Of a stretch of 64,000 nt of DNA, positions 55,646-64,000 are shown in pieces. This DNA is from a virus. The stretch is from the IMG/VR virus record IMGVR_UViG_3300033149_006357, positions 1-64,000 of that record; one strand, written 5' to 3'. How positions within the stretch are numbered: position 1 is the stretch's first letter; every line of letters begins with the position of its first letter. The position numbers and the translations under genes are program-made. The notes under the pieces are model-generated. The model was not told where the DNA came from. It saw only the letters and a list, made by a program, of their open reading frames with translations, and did not search any database.

Positions 55646-57326
55646 AATCTATGTAAAACCTTTTTTGGTATGATATCCTTTCTGCCATTTCTGGACTAAG
55701 CACGATCGGAACTCTCGCGCCGGCCGCTATTTTCGATGTAATCGACTCAACTACGCCCTTATCCGACGGCGGCCCAGCAAACTCCGAGATATCCTCTGGC
55801 GATGGCTCATCGAAGCCCTCTTCCTCAGGAGAAAAATCCTCTGCCGCGTCAAGCAGCTCATCCTCTTCGCTGGTATCTTTGACTGGAATGTTGCTGACGC
55901 GGTACACCTCTTTCCAATCGATCTTTGTAAGAGCGCTGGATTTCGGATCGTTCCCGGCAATAGAGATCAGCTTGAACATCCGCTCCTTCTCGTATGGATC
56001 GTACCCCTCCGTGGAGATAATCGCGGGTGGCGCGTTGTTGCCAAAGTTGTATTGCACCAACTGCGGCACAACGTACCGATTGATCTGCGTCAGTAAAGAG
56101 GCCAGTATATGCTCGTTGTGCAACATCGTAACCGCAAGATGTGTGCGTGCGCTCGCATATCCGCCGACAGCGCTCTGCTCAATAGACTGATCCCCGATCA
56201 CAAGAGACCGGACGATAAGCGTCCCGAGTGTCTCGATAGCATCCACAAACTGCGCCGCCCGTTTATCATCCGACAAATACTCAAGCCGCCATGCTTCTTT
56301 CCCGCTATCCGGATCCGTATCGCTTGGCAATGCAATGGCGTTTGACTTTGCGACGTTCGTAGCAACAAGAAATGCGTATTTCATCGTTCCCATCGCCGTG
56401 CCATCCGGCTGCAATATCTGCCCTCTGGATGGTGCGTAGCACACTGTCACCGGAGTGCCAGTACGCTCCAGATATCTCACAAACGCGCGAAGTGCAATAT
56501 CATACCACACCCAGTACGGGTATACAGGCTGTAACGCGCTCTTGCCCCAGATGTTGCGAAACTTTTTATCGTGCGTCAAAATAAGGGCGACATCTCTCGG
56601 AACTCTGATCTCGTCTTTTCCCGTAACCTTCTGCACATACCCGTTGAACTCGCCACGGCTTGTGTATAAAACCCGATCGATGGTGCGCGGGTTGACGGGC
56701 TTGATGCTGCGATACCCTATATATGTTTTTCTTCCGTCGATCCCCCAAAAACGCGCGGGCTGCCTGTCGAACTCCTTTTCGCCAAAATACGCCCCATAAG
56801 CGAGACACTCCATGAAATCATTAGCATGCTGCCGAAACACCCTGCCAACCAATGCTTGAATCGCAACCTTGATCTTCTCGTCCCGACAATCGACATACCA
56901 CGACAATGGATCCCTGAGTGCCGATCGGATCCATGCCTTCTTCATCTCCAGCGCAAAAACAACCTGCCCGCTCTTCAGCATATCATCGATGCGGTCGAAC
57001 GACAGCGCATCCTCTGGACGATACACGCCACCGCTGCCGAAAATAACGCCAAACATATCCTCCTGATCGTCCCCGACTGTGAGGTTCGACATCATCTTCG
57101 GAGCCTTCATCTCTGCCTCGAGCTCCTCCAAAATCGGGATGGCCGCATCACCAACGAGGGACACAAGCTGCCTTGCGATAGGCTTCGGGACAGAAGAGGC
57201 TTTGGATAGTATGCGACGCTCTTCTTTCAATCTCTTCCTGTCCAGGGCCGCACATCTTCTCGAACAATAATATTTACCGCTGCGCACCTTATTATCGCAA
57301 CCAGGACGAGAACAAATCTCAGACAT
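55626..57326 (-). CDS. portal protein (DUF935/Mu gp29-like)
   Basis: Follows TerL; NIWGKSAL...Y..W, ERTGTP, GGYASA..H, LVQYNFG. Confidence 0.82.
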   Translation of the reverse strand: MSEICSRPGCDNKVRSGKYYCSRRCAALDRKRLKEERRILSKASSVPKPIARQLVSLVGDAAIPILEELEAEMKAPKMMSNLTVGDDQEDMFGVIFGSGGVYRPEDALSFDRIDDMLKSGQVVFALEMKKAWIRSALRDPLSWYVDCRDEKIKVAIQALVGRVFRQHANDFMECLAYGAYFGEKEFDRQPARFWGIDGRKTYIGYRSIKPVNPRTIDRVLYTSRGEFNGYVQKVTGKDEIRVPRDVALILTHDKKFRNIWGKSALQPVYPYWVWYDIALRAFVRYLERTGTPVTVCYAPSRGQILQPDGTAMGTMKYAFLVATNVAKSNAIALPSDTDPDSGKEAWRLEYLSDDKRAAQFVDAIETLGTLIVRSLVIGDQSIEQSAVGGYASARTHLAVTMLHNEHILASLLTQINRYVVPQLVQYNFGNNAPPAIISTEGYDPYEKERMFKLISIAGNDPKSSALTKIDWKEVYRVSNIPVKDTSEEDELLDAAEDFSPEEEGFDEPSPEDISEFAGPPSDKGVVESITSKIAAGARVPIVLSPEMAERISYQKRFYIDFGGKDE

Positions 57327-58920
57327 CTACCAAATCGACCTCCCTGGTATTCTCCGGCGGTACAAGATCCTCATAAGTGTTGCCGGTATCTCTCATACGC
57401 ACAAACTCGCTCATACTGATACCATCATCAACTACGGCGTCCACTGCGCGGCGACCGGAAAACGAGTTCGTATCCAGTTCCAACACGAACCCGCCATTCT
57501 TGTGAAGCTCCGAATACGCAAGCGCAAACGCGATCACTGGATCGTCATAGTATCCACCGGCGGCCTCTGCCTTTCCATCTCCAATATCCTGAAATGCGAC
57601 AAAGCAGGAATATGTGAACGGATCGCGGATAACTACCTGTTTCCCAGCGATAGCCGTACGCAAGAGGTTAAGCATGCGCATCTTCGATGTTCTGCCCCTC
57701 GCGCCAGCCTTCGTGCGTCGACCAATAACATACGAATCTGGATCCGCAAGTCGCATCGAATGCCTGAAATACACCATATCGCCAGCACCAAACCTCTCTA
57801 TGACCATCGCCCCTGGGTACTTTCTGTGATGCTTCGAGACAACGCCATCTACGTTCACGAGCTTCCCGTCATCCATCGCCATGGTATACCCGGCGACCTG
57901 CTCGACAGGCGTGCTGTTGGAATGCCAGCTCGCTATCTCTACCCCATATTCGTTCAGCGTAATGATCGAGGTGTAATCGCCGCCGCCGCCCTCTGCGACA
58001 TCCACGCCCGTGTAACTCATCTTCGTCGGCCGATCTATGCGCGTGCCCCCAAGCCACAACTCAGGATGCTTTTCCTTTGGCTTATAGCAATCGGCAAGAG
58101 CTTCCTGGTCGAAGAATGGAGAGCCGGATGCAACGAATTCCAGCTCGAACTCCTGCGCGATCTGGTATGGCGTAAGCCCGCTGGTCGCAGTCTTGTACCA
58201 CTCCTCCGAAAGGCCGCAATCTTTCCAGTAGGCCCGAATCGGATGGAAATGATCGTCGATCCCGTGTATCGCCGCCTGCCAGATCCTGAAGAAAAAGTTT
58301 GATGTGCCGTTCGGCGTACTAATGATCAACATCTGCCCTCCATGTGACGCCGCGGGCCGGATAGCCTCCCACGTCTCCTCGCTATTCGGCAAGTGCGCCG
58401 CCTCGTCCAACACAACAAGCGTCGCGCTGTAACTCGCGCCGCTTCTTCCCGTCGTCGTAAGAGAGTCAATCGAACTCTCTTTAACGATGATGGTATTTCC
58501 GTCCACCTTCCTGAAAATGACGCTGAAACGCGTCTGGGAGTTGGTCCCGATATCCGGCCTTAGAAATGACGGAAGGTGGTTATACATAAACTTTACATAG
58601 CCAAGCAGCCGGATCGCCTTTTTCTCTTTCTCGGAAAGGAAAAGAACCTCAACGTCCGGATGGAACAATATCTTCCACAAGCAGTATCCGGCGGCGGCCC
58701 AGCTACACCCTATCTGGCGGGTTTTGTTGACGATGATATCCTCGCCGGCCTGCAGCCTTTCCCACAACTCGATCTGGTATGGATATGGCGGGTCTTTCTT
58801 CCACGAAATAGCACCGCGAGATGTATGCTTGATCCACCCATAGTTCTCAAGAAAATATCTCGCGCTTTTGGCGCACTTGACAAACTCTTCTTTTTGTTTC
58901 GCGTTAAGCGGCCTGTTCAT
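57319..58920 (-). CDS. terL: terminase large subunit
   Basis: KTRQIGCS Walker A, VVLDEAAH Walker B, ISTPNG, GVDVA, YDDPVIAFALA. Confidence 0.95.
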   Translation of the reverse strand: MNRPLNAKQKEEFVKCAKSARYFLENYGWIKHTSRGAISWKKDPPYPYQIELWERLQAGEDIIVNKTRQIGCSWAAAGYCLWKILFHPDVEVLFLSEKEKKAIRLLGYVKFMYNHLPSFLRPDIGTNSQTRFSVIFRKVDGNTIIVKESSIDSLTTTGRSGASYSATLVVLDEAAHLPNSEETWEAIRPAASHGGQMLIISTPNGTSNFFFRIWQAAIHGIDDHFHPIRAYWKDCGLSEEWYKTATSGLTPYQIAQEFELEFVASGSPFFDQEALADCYKPKEKHPELWLGGTRIDRPTKMSYTGVDVAEGGGGDYTSIITLNEYGVEIASWHSNSTPVEQVAGYTMAMDDGKLVNVDGVVSKHHRKYPGAMVIERFGAGDMVYFRHSMRLADPDSYVIGRRTKAGARGRTSKMRMLNLLRTAIAGKQVVIRDPFTYSCFVAFQDIGDGKAEAAGGYYDDPVIAFALAYSELHKNGGFVLELDTNSFSGRRAVDAVVDDGISMSEFVRMRDTGNTYEDLVPPENTREVDLVDV

Positions 58921-59443
58921 TTTCTTCCAACATAGAGAATATTAGGTTATCCGCATCCGCTACGACCGCCAGCCCATCGCCAAGATCGGATATCGAGTAC
59001 TTTGCGAGGCTTATCCACGAACTAACAAGAGATGCATGATCCGGAGACCCGTAGTCATCGAACGAATCTATGATCTCATACAACTTGTCCCTGACCATAG
59101 ATATCTGGCTGGCATAAAACCCTTTGTATGGATGGCGCAGCGCCTGAATAAGCGTCACCAATATTCTGGCCATATCCCTGACGACCCTCACACCAAGATC
59201 GCCATTGAGCATGGCGAGAATATACTTGTCGATGATGCTCATTATCTGAATCGATGTGCGATCCGCGTTATACGCGGCCGAGATCCACCCGTCCGCCAGA
59301 GACCACGAAATTATCGCGTAACGGCCTATTTCCTCGCCAAGAAGCCGCTCGGTGTAGTCCACAAACTCAGAAGGAGAGACCTGCGCGCCGGCATTGACAA
59401 GCTCGACATATTTCTCTTTTGCGAGCTCCCTTATCGTATCCAT
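58904..59443 (-). CDS. putative terminase small subunit
   Basis: Directly upstream of terL; helical, 179 aa. Confidence 0.5.
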   Translation of the reverse strand: MDTIRELAKEKYVELVNAGAQVSPSEFVDYTERLLGEEIGRYAIISWSLADGWISAAYNADRTSIQIMSIIDKYILAMLNGDLGVRVVRDMARILVTLIQALRHPYKGFYASQISMVRDKLYEIIDSFDDYGSPDHASLVSSWISLAKYSISDLGDGLAVVADADNLIFSMLEENEQAA

Positions 59444-59449
59444 ACCAAA

Positions 59450-59478
59450 ATTGTACCACAGTTTCTAATCATTTTCAA
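59450..59478 (-). promoter_or_regulatory. sigma70-type promoter of the packaging operon
   Basis: TTGAAA - 17 bp - TACAAT with TGTGG extension; ATG follows 6 nt after the -10. Confidence 0.75.
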
Positions 59479-59953
59479 ATCTGCGACTCGTCATCCACGA
59501 CTCGAGGTGGGCATACCTTGTCTGATACAAGTGCCCAATGCCACCGTGCTCACATCTCCATCCTGGCCCATATTTCCTGTGGTTGTAGCGCATGTCATAC
59601 TCTACATTTCCGCCGCAAACAGGGCACCTATCTGGAACCCTCCATACCTTGCTTATCAGGTCTAAGTCTACCCTGGATGCAAACCTTGGATTAAACGTGT
59701 ATGGTGCCGGCCTTCCGCCAGAGCGCAGGTACCCCGCCACTATACCCACACCTCTACATGTGCTCTTCCTGCATATGTGACAATACTTGTCTTTACCTAT
59801 AAGGTGCTCTTCCCCATCATGTACAACATAATAACTATGTCCAATTATAGACACGTTGTATTGTACAGGGGGAGCCGGGATTTCGATATGCTCCTCATCG
59901 CGTTGTACCAATCCACAAGATCTTGACCGTACATCCTCATGTGGTGTTTCCAT
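59465..59953 (-). CDS. Cys-rich hypothetical protein
   Basis: CHIC...C and CPVC...C..H; true start may be downstream. Confidence 0.55.
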   Translation of the reverse strand: METPHEDVRSRSCGLVQRDEEHIEIPAPPVQYNVSIIGHSYYVVHDGEEHLIGKDKYCHICRKSTCRGVGIVAGYLRSGGRPAPYTFNPRFASRVDLDLISKVWRVPDRCPVCGGNVEYDMRYNHRKYGPGWRCEHGGIGHLYQTRYAHLESWMTSRRFEND

Positions 59954-60270
59954 ACTTCCTCTCTACTTGGAGGTCTGTATATGTTGCAATCCGCACAAAT
60001 CAGAATGCAGTTAAAGGCGCAATAAAACAAACGCCGCTTATTCAGCGGCATTCCCATAATTTGAGCTCTACTAACTATACCCTCGTGCATGACTATATTA
60101 TGGCCTTGTACCAACTTAGTACCACATACAAGACAATGCGTGTCCCTATACAGCAACTTCCTTTTCAGCCACTTCCTTATTTCCGGTATACTCCCAGACG
60201 ACTGTATCCCCCACCCCCTTTTCCCGGAAAGGGATAATACGTCATCGACACACGCTATTTTCATGTCCAC
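59845..60270 (-). CDS. HNH-like endonuclease
   Basis: RD..CLVCG...MHE...NCILICADCN; located near the terminase genes. Confidence 0.6.
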   Translation of the reverse strand: MDMKIACVDDVLSLSGKRGWGIQSSGSIPEIRKWLKRKLLYRDTHCLVCGTKLVQGHNIVMHEGIVSRAQIMGMPLNKRRLFYCAFNCILICADCNIYRPPSREEVWKHHMRMYGQDLVDWYNAMRSISKSRLPLYNTTCL

Positions 60271-60918
60271 CTTTCAGGCTTCGCCATTTAACGCTACCTG
60301 TTACCGAGGGCGATCTGCGCTCTCATTGGTTTTTCCTGGAAATGGGGAAGAAAAAGTAGCTGTCAAACATATATGCTGTATAACATTCGCTCTCTTAAAG
60401 GAGTAAAGATCTCTGTCGTAAATAGAGAAGGTTGTTCTATAAGACCCCAGTTCTAGGGGTGTTTGCCGCTCACTCTTTCCAGGCTGGTACTTTGGCACTA
60501 ACCACCCATTTACCGACAGTTTTATCGGCCCCACGTCCCCGGAAATAGTCCAAAGGCCGCCCTCGCGGGTTATGTACTGTCGTACCCCTCGCCATAATCC
60601 GTTTCCGGCCGCACAAGTGCCATTTGTGCTTATAAGGCGATCCGGCTTGTACGTGTAGGTGAAGCCCACTCCTCAGCATCGTTCACCCTTGTGTCCTGAT
60701 CCCGGCCGCAATTTACCGGTAACAGGAGGAGCAAAAAACGATCTTTGTTGCGTATGCGCCAAGGATAGCATGAAAACGAGGGGATGTCAATGGCGAATTT
60801 CAAAGTCGCAAAATTGCTTTTGGACGTACCGCTACGTACTGTTACGTGTTGCTGTAACAAGTTATATAGCGTGTTTACATAATTTACCTTAAAATTTTGC
60901 CAGTTCTGGCCAAAACCC

Positions 60919-60948
60919 TTGACAAAACGTTTGTAGGTGTGGTATACT
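60919..60948 (+). promoter_or_regulatory. sigma70-type promoter with extended -10
   Basis: TTGACA - 18 bp - TATACT preceded by TGTGG. Confidence 0.8.
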
Positions 60949-60971
60949 TGAGGCAAAAAGGAGTGGCTGCC

Positions 60972-61370
60972 GTGAATAGCCAGCTAGTGATCTTGGTGGG
61001 TACTATTGCGAGGCCAAAGGCGCGGTATACGCCTAACGGCGTCCTAGTCTTCTCGTTCTCGTTGCCTACGCATTCTTTTTATGGCAAGGGCGAGGACAGG
61101 GAATTGCGTACCACGTGGTTCAGGGTGACCGTCTTTGGGAAAAGGGCTGAAATTTGTCAGGAGCGCCTTTCCGACGGCGGGACAGTGCAAGTTGTCGGCT
61201 ACTTGCAGGGGGACGAGCATGGCAACCCGCGCACATGGCAGGATGACAACGGGAACGTGAGGTCGTCATTCGACGTGGTTGCGAGGGATGTCACAATCCT
61301 GGGGAAACGGGGTAGCAAGAAAGGCGAGGAGAAAAAACAACAAGGAGAGGGTGACTGGATTCCATTCTAA
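60972..61370 (+). CDS. ssb: single-stranded DNA-binding protein
   Basis: VILVG, RYTPNG, TTWFRVTVFGKRAE, C-terminal DWIPF; GTG start after AAGGAG. Confidence 0.92.
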   Translation: MNSQLVILVGTIARPKARYTPNGVLVFSFSLPTHSFYGKGEDRELRTTWFRVTVFGKRAEICQERLSDGGTVQVVGYLQGDEHGNPRTWQDDNGNVRSSFDVVARDVTILGKRGSKKGEEKKQQGEGDWIPF

Positions 61371-61744
61371 TGGTTGCGAGCGGATACATTCCATACACAC
61401 CAACGAACTGCTTTGACCACGGAGTGGGCATCATAAAGTGCGCTTTAGGAGAGGATTTTTCCGCGACAGGCAAGAGCCCCGATGCCAGGGCGTTTATCGG
61501 AGAGATTGCGCGGATCTTTAAAAACAGGAGAATACTCGTTTGGAATAACCTTGACGTAAGAAAACGTTTCCCGCGAAACGTGGAGTACATGGGCGATGTA
61601 GATAGTATATTCGTGGACGACCCGTGGAATTATATATGGTGTAGCCTTGTACTTACGGATGAGGGCCATTTACATATGATCGTCGGCGGTCCAATCGGAA
61701 AAAATCGAACGGTTGTCGCATGCGCGATCTCTACGTTGGCATAG
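61370..61744 (+). CDS. hypothetical protein
   Basis: Coupled ORF. Confidence 0.5.
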   Translation: MVASGYIPYTPTNCFDHGVGIIKCALGEDFSATGKSPDARAFIGEIARIFKNRRILVWNNLDVRKRFPRNVEYMGDVDSIFVDDPWNYIWCSLVLTDEGHLHMIVGGPIGKNRTVVACAISTLA

Positions 61745-62226
61745 ATAATGGGACGCGCATCATAGGGATGGCCGCCGTAGACGAGAGGAGAAATGTAGTA
61801 TGGACGAGGCTGATACGTGTAAGCGGGAAAATAGATAGCAGGCTGAAAAAGATCTGGAAAGAGGCAACGGACTCACTTTGCGGTCTAGATGGCAGGTTTT
61901 ACGTTGGAATAGAAGGACCATTTTTCGGGCGCAATACGCGCAACAACAGGACGCCGATCTTACTGGGATACTCATGGGGCATAATGTACGCGTGTGCATT
62001 GAGCGCTGGAGCGAGTGGGGTATACGAGATAGCCCCGTCCACAGCAAAATTGGCACTTACAGGCGCAGGCAACGCGACAAAAGAACAAATGTGCGAATGC
62101 GCTGGCTACGATAGTCAGGACGTGAGCGATGCGGTGGGAGTGGCGCTAGCGGTATATGATAAGCTTAGAGGAGATCGTAAGCACAAAAATAGAGTGCCTA
62201 AAAAAGGGGAAAAAGCAAGTCCTTGA
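61720..62226 (+). CDS. ruvC: RuvC-like Holliday junction resolvase
   Basis: VGIDNG, GIEGPF, KLALTGAGNATKEQM, DVSDAVGVA. Confidence 0.9.
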   Translation: MRDLYVGIDNGTRIIGMAAVDERRNVVWTRLIRVSGKIDSRLKKIWKEATDSLCGLDGRFYVGIEGPFFGRNTRNNRTPILLGYSWGIMYACALSAGASGVYEIAPSTAKLALTGAGNATKEQMCECAGYDSQDVSDAVGVALAVYDKLRGDRKHKNRVPKKGEKASP

Positions 62227-62530
62227 AGGTCGAGACCTACTCATATTGGAGGAGCTGAAGAGGCTCACAAGTCCAGACGTTGGATATACGATGAAAGAGC
62301 TCTTTTACCTTTTGAAAGGGAACGGGATCGACTTTCGTCTAAAGCGGTATGGCTTTCCGGGCCTGACGCTTTATGGCAAGGTACATGTCCATACAACGCT
62401 GATGAGGACGTTAAACAACCTTTGGTGGAACGACAAGATACAAAAGTTCGCCGATGGGATATACCATAGAAGCGGGAGGTATCGAGGAGTAATATGGGTA
62501 ATGCCAAGGAAAAAGTCTATGAGTTCGTGA
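62156..62530 (+). CDS. hypothetical protein
   Basis: Basic 124-aa ORF. Confidence 0.45.
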   Translation: MISLEEIVSTKIECLKKGKKQVLEGRDLLILEELKRLTSPDVGYTMKELFYLLKGNGIDFRLKRYGFPGLTLYGKVHVHTTLMRTLNNLWWNDKIQKFADGIYHRSGRYRGVIWVMPRKKSMSS

Positions 62531-62709
62531 TCGATTATCTGAACGAGCACGGGACGACGCCAACGTATCAGAGAATCGGGGAGGCGATCGGTGCATCTGG
62601 TGCTACGGCATTCAACTATGTCCGGCAGCTTGTCGCCGAGGGAAGGCTAAGGATCGATGGGCACCGTGTTGCCGTGATGGAGGGAAAATGGATCGCCTCA
62701 CAAGAATAG
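62494..62709 (+). CDS. LexA-type winged-helix DNA-binding protein (no protease domain)
   Basis: VYEFVIDYLNEHGTTPTYQRIGEAIG...YVRQLVAEG. Confidence 0.8.
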   Translation: MGNAKEKVYEFVIDYLNEHGTTPTYQRIGEAIGASGATAFNYVRQLVAEGRLRIDGHRVAVMEGKWIASQE

Positions 62710-62933
62710 TCGTGGAGGCCGTGCACAAGGCCAGGGCGCAAATGGCGACCTCGAAAGCGACGTGGTCGGATGCGAGCTTCGATGAGTTGCCAGACCGACA
62801 AAAACGTAGATGCATCGCGATTGCAAATAGTGTCGTGAGCGCTCTAAGGAACAACGGAATCCTTGCAGAGCCACAGCGTATCAGAAAGCCATTTGGGCAA
62901 TACAGGGTGTTGAGGAGGCGAGGTGGGCAATAG
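62688..62933 (+). CDS. hypothetical protein
   Basis: GGAGG SD. Confidence 0.5.
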   Translation: MDRLTRIVVEAVHKARAQMATSKATWSDASFDELPDRQKRRCIAIANSVVSALRNNGILAEPQRIRKPFGQYRVLRRRGGQ

Positions 62934-63267
62934 AATTACTATTACAGGATACGCGCGGAAGATCTTGCGCTCCCAAAACAACACTGGGAAAACAGTGGCA
63001 GTGGTCATCGTCAGGTCTATTCGTAGATACGGCGATGACGAGAGAGAGGTATCGTGGTTTAGGTGTGTAGCGTGGGACAACTTTGCAGAACGCATCTTGA
63101 GCTCTGTTGGGATAGGGGATGGCGTTCGCATCGTGGGATCGATCATACCAGATCCTAAAACGGGCAATCCAAAGCTATATGTAAATAGAGAGGGTGAGAC
63201 ATTTACCAGATACGAAGTCAGGATTACCAGCTTTGATGTACTAAAGAAATACGAGGAAGGCCAATGA
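62923..63267 (+). CDS. second SSB-like OB-fold protein lacking the IPF tail
   Basis: NRITITG, WFRCVAWDNFAE, GDGVRIVG. Confidence 0.75.
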   Translation: MGNRITITGYARKILRSQNNTGKTVAVVIVRSIRRYGDDEREVSWFRCVAWDNFAERILSSVGIGDGVRIVGSIIPDPKTGNPKLYVNREGETFTRYEVRITSFDVLKKYEEGQ

Positions 63268-63566
63268 CGGGAATAGCGTGGTTGTTGATCGGAATGCTGT
63301 GCAGGTACGTTTTGCCATACGTGTTGGAGGGGTTGCGGATTGTCGGAGAGAAGAACTCGTGGCACGCATGGCCGGCATTCCAGTTGAAGTATCTCACGTC
63401 GTTTTTCACGGGCGTGATCGAGTTTGGGCTGTACCTTGTGATGAACGCGGGCGCGGTCGACAGCTTGTTAAGTCTTGACGTGGTGTCCGCCTTTCTGGTC
63501 GGGTATGGCGCGGTCGATTTGAGTAGAACGGTATCTAAGGCGCTTACATACTGGAGAAAGAGATGA
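63264..63566 (+). CDS. membrane protein (about 3 TM segments)
   Basis: Hydrophobic segments; GAGG SD. Confidence 0.6.
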   Translation: MTGIAWLLIGMLCRYVLPYVLEGLRIVGEKNSWHAWPAFQLKYLTSFFTGVIEFGLYLVMNAGAVDSLLSLDVVSAFLVGYGAVDLSRTVSKALTYWRKR

Positions 63567-63946
63567 ACGATTTTGGTGACGTAATCACAAAGCTGTTTAG
63601 CGACACGTCTGCCTTTGCGGTCGCATGGGAGATTTTGGATGCGGAGAGCAGGAATGTCGCCGAGGCGAAAAACAAAGTACAGATGGCGGAGTCGCTACTT
63701 TCGGCGGAAGAGACTAGAGCGCTGTATGAGGCGCAGGAACAAGGGATGATCGATGGTAGAAACGAAGCGGCCCGCAGCCTGCAGCGCGAGTACATTCTGC
63801 TGAACGATAGTGTTGTGAAAGGCTTGAGGGATCAGTTGATCAAAGCGAGGGCGGAGTACGAGACCGCGAAAGCAAGGTTGGATGCGTTCGAAAGATCCGT
63901 ATCCGTCGCAAAGGCGTTTATGTACAAGGGGGTAAAAATTGATTGA
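63563..63946 (+). CDS. coiled-coil hypothetical protein
   Basis: GRNEAAR motif; GGAG SD. Confidence 0.6.
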   Translation: MNDFGDVITKLFSDTSAFAVAWEILDAESRNVAEAKNKVQMAESLLSAEETRALYEAQEQGMIDGRNEAARSLQREYILLNDSVVKGLRDQLIKARAEYETAKARLDAFERSVSVAKAFMYKGVKID

Positions 63947-64000
63947 GGTGTCTGTTTTTGGACAAGGGGAGCGGACGTTTGTTTCTGTCCTTGGGATGTG

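Noticed and set aside
60301-60669. 122-aa - strand CDS
   Set aside because: No recognisable motif and poor SD spacing; left unannotated, could be non-coding.
1-64000. Integrated prophage boundaries or lysogeny module
   Set aside because: No integrase, att site or host housekeeping genes visible; lifestyle cannot be determined.

Overview
The whole window reads as one tailed dsDNA bacteriophage, most likely a siphovirus (tape measure and tube, no sheath). A Chloroflexota/Anaerolineae-like host is inferred from protein motifs. The + strand from 1 to 20.7 kb carries a 5'-truncated DNA methyltransferase, then a TIGR array with a nuclease-less Nop-domain TasA gene (2.08-2.97 kb). Next come a repeat-rich non-coding region with a strong sigma70-type promoter (3.4-3.9 kb) and about 30 small early genes with several paralog pairs, including two Csx15-like proteins. 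These are followed by a compact ubiquitin-like conjugation operon (Ubl, E2 fused to Zn fingers, JAB, E1/ThiF; 13.0-14.9 kb), an Mre11/SbcD nuclease, a sliding clamp and a second methyltransferase. The - strand from 59.4 to 20.8 kb is the late operon: TerS, TerL, portal, two NPYHD-motif HExxH proteins, a glycosylation cassette (methyltransferases, an AlkP/sulfatase-like enzyme, glycosyltransferases), fibre genes, protease, decoration protein, major capsid, neck, tube, frameshifted chaperones, tape measure, tail tip, a lipoprotein and a metallophosphoesterase. The + strand from 61 to 64 kb has SSB, RuvC, a LexA-like wHTH protein and a second SSB. The most interesting elements are the phage ubiquitin-like system, TIGR-TasA, the Csx15-like candidate anti-CRISPRs and the virion glycosylation cassette. 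All calls come from motif recognition by eye; no database searches were run.
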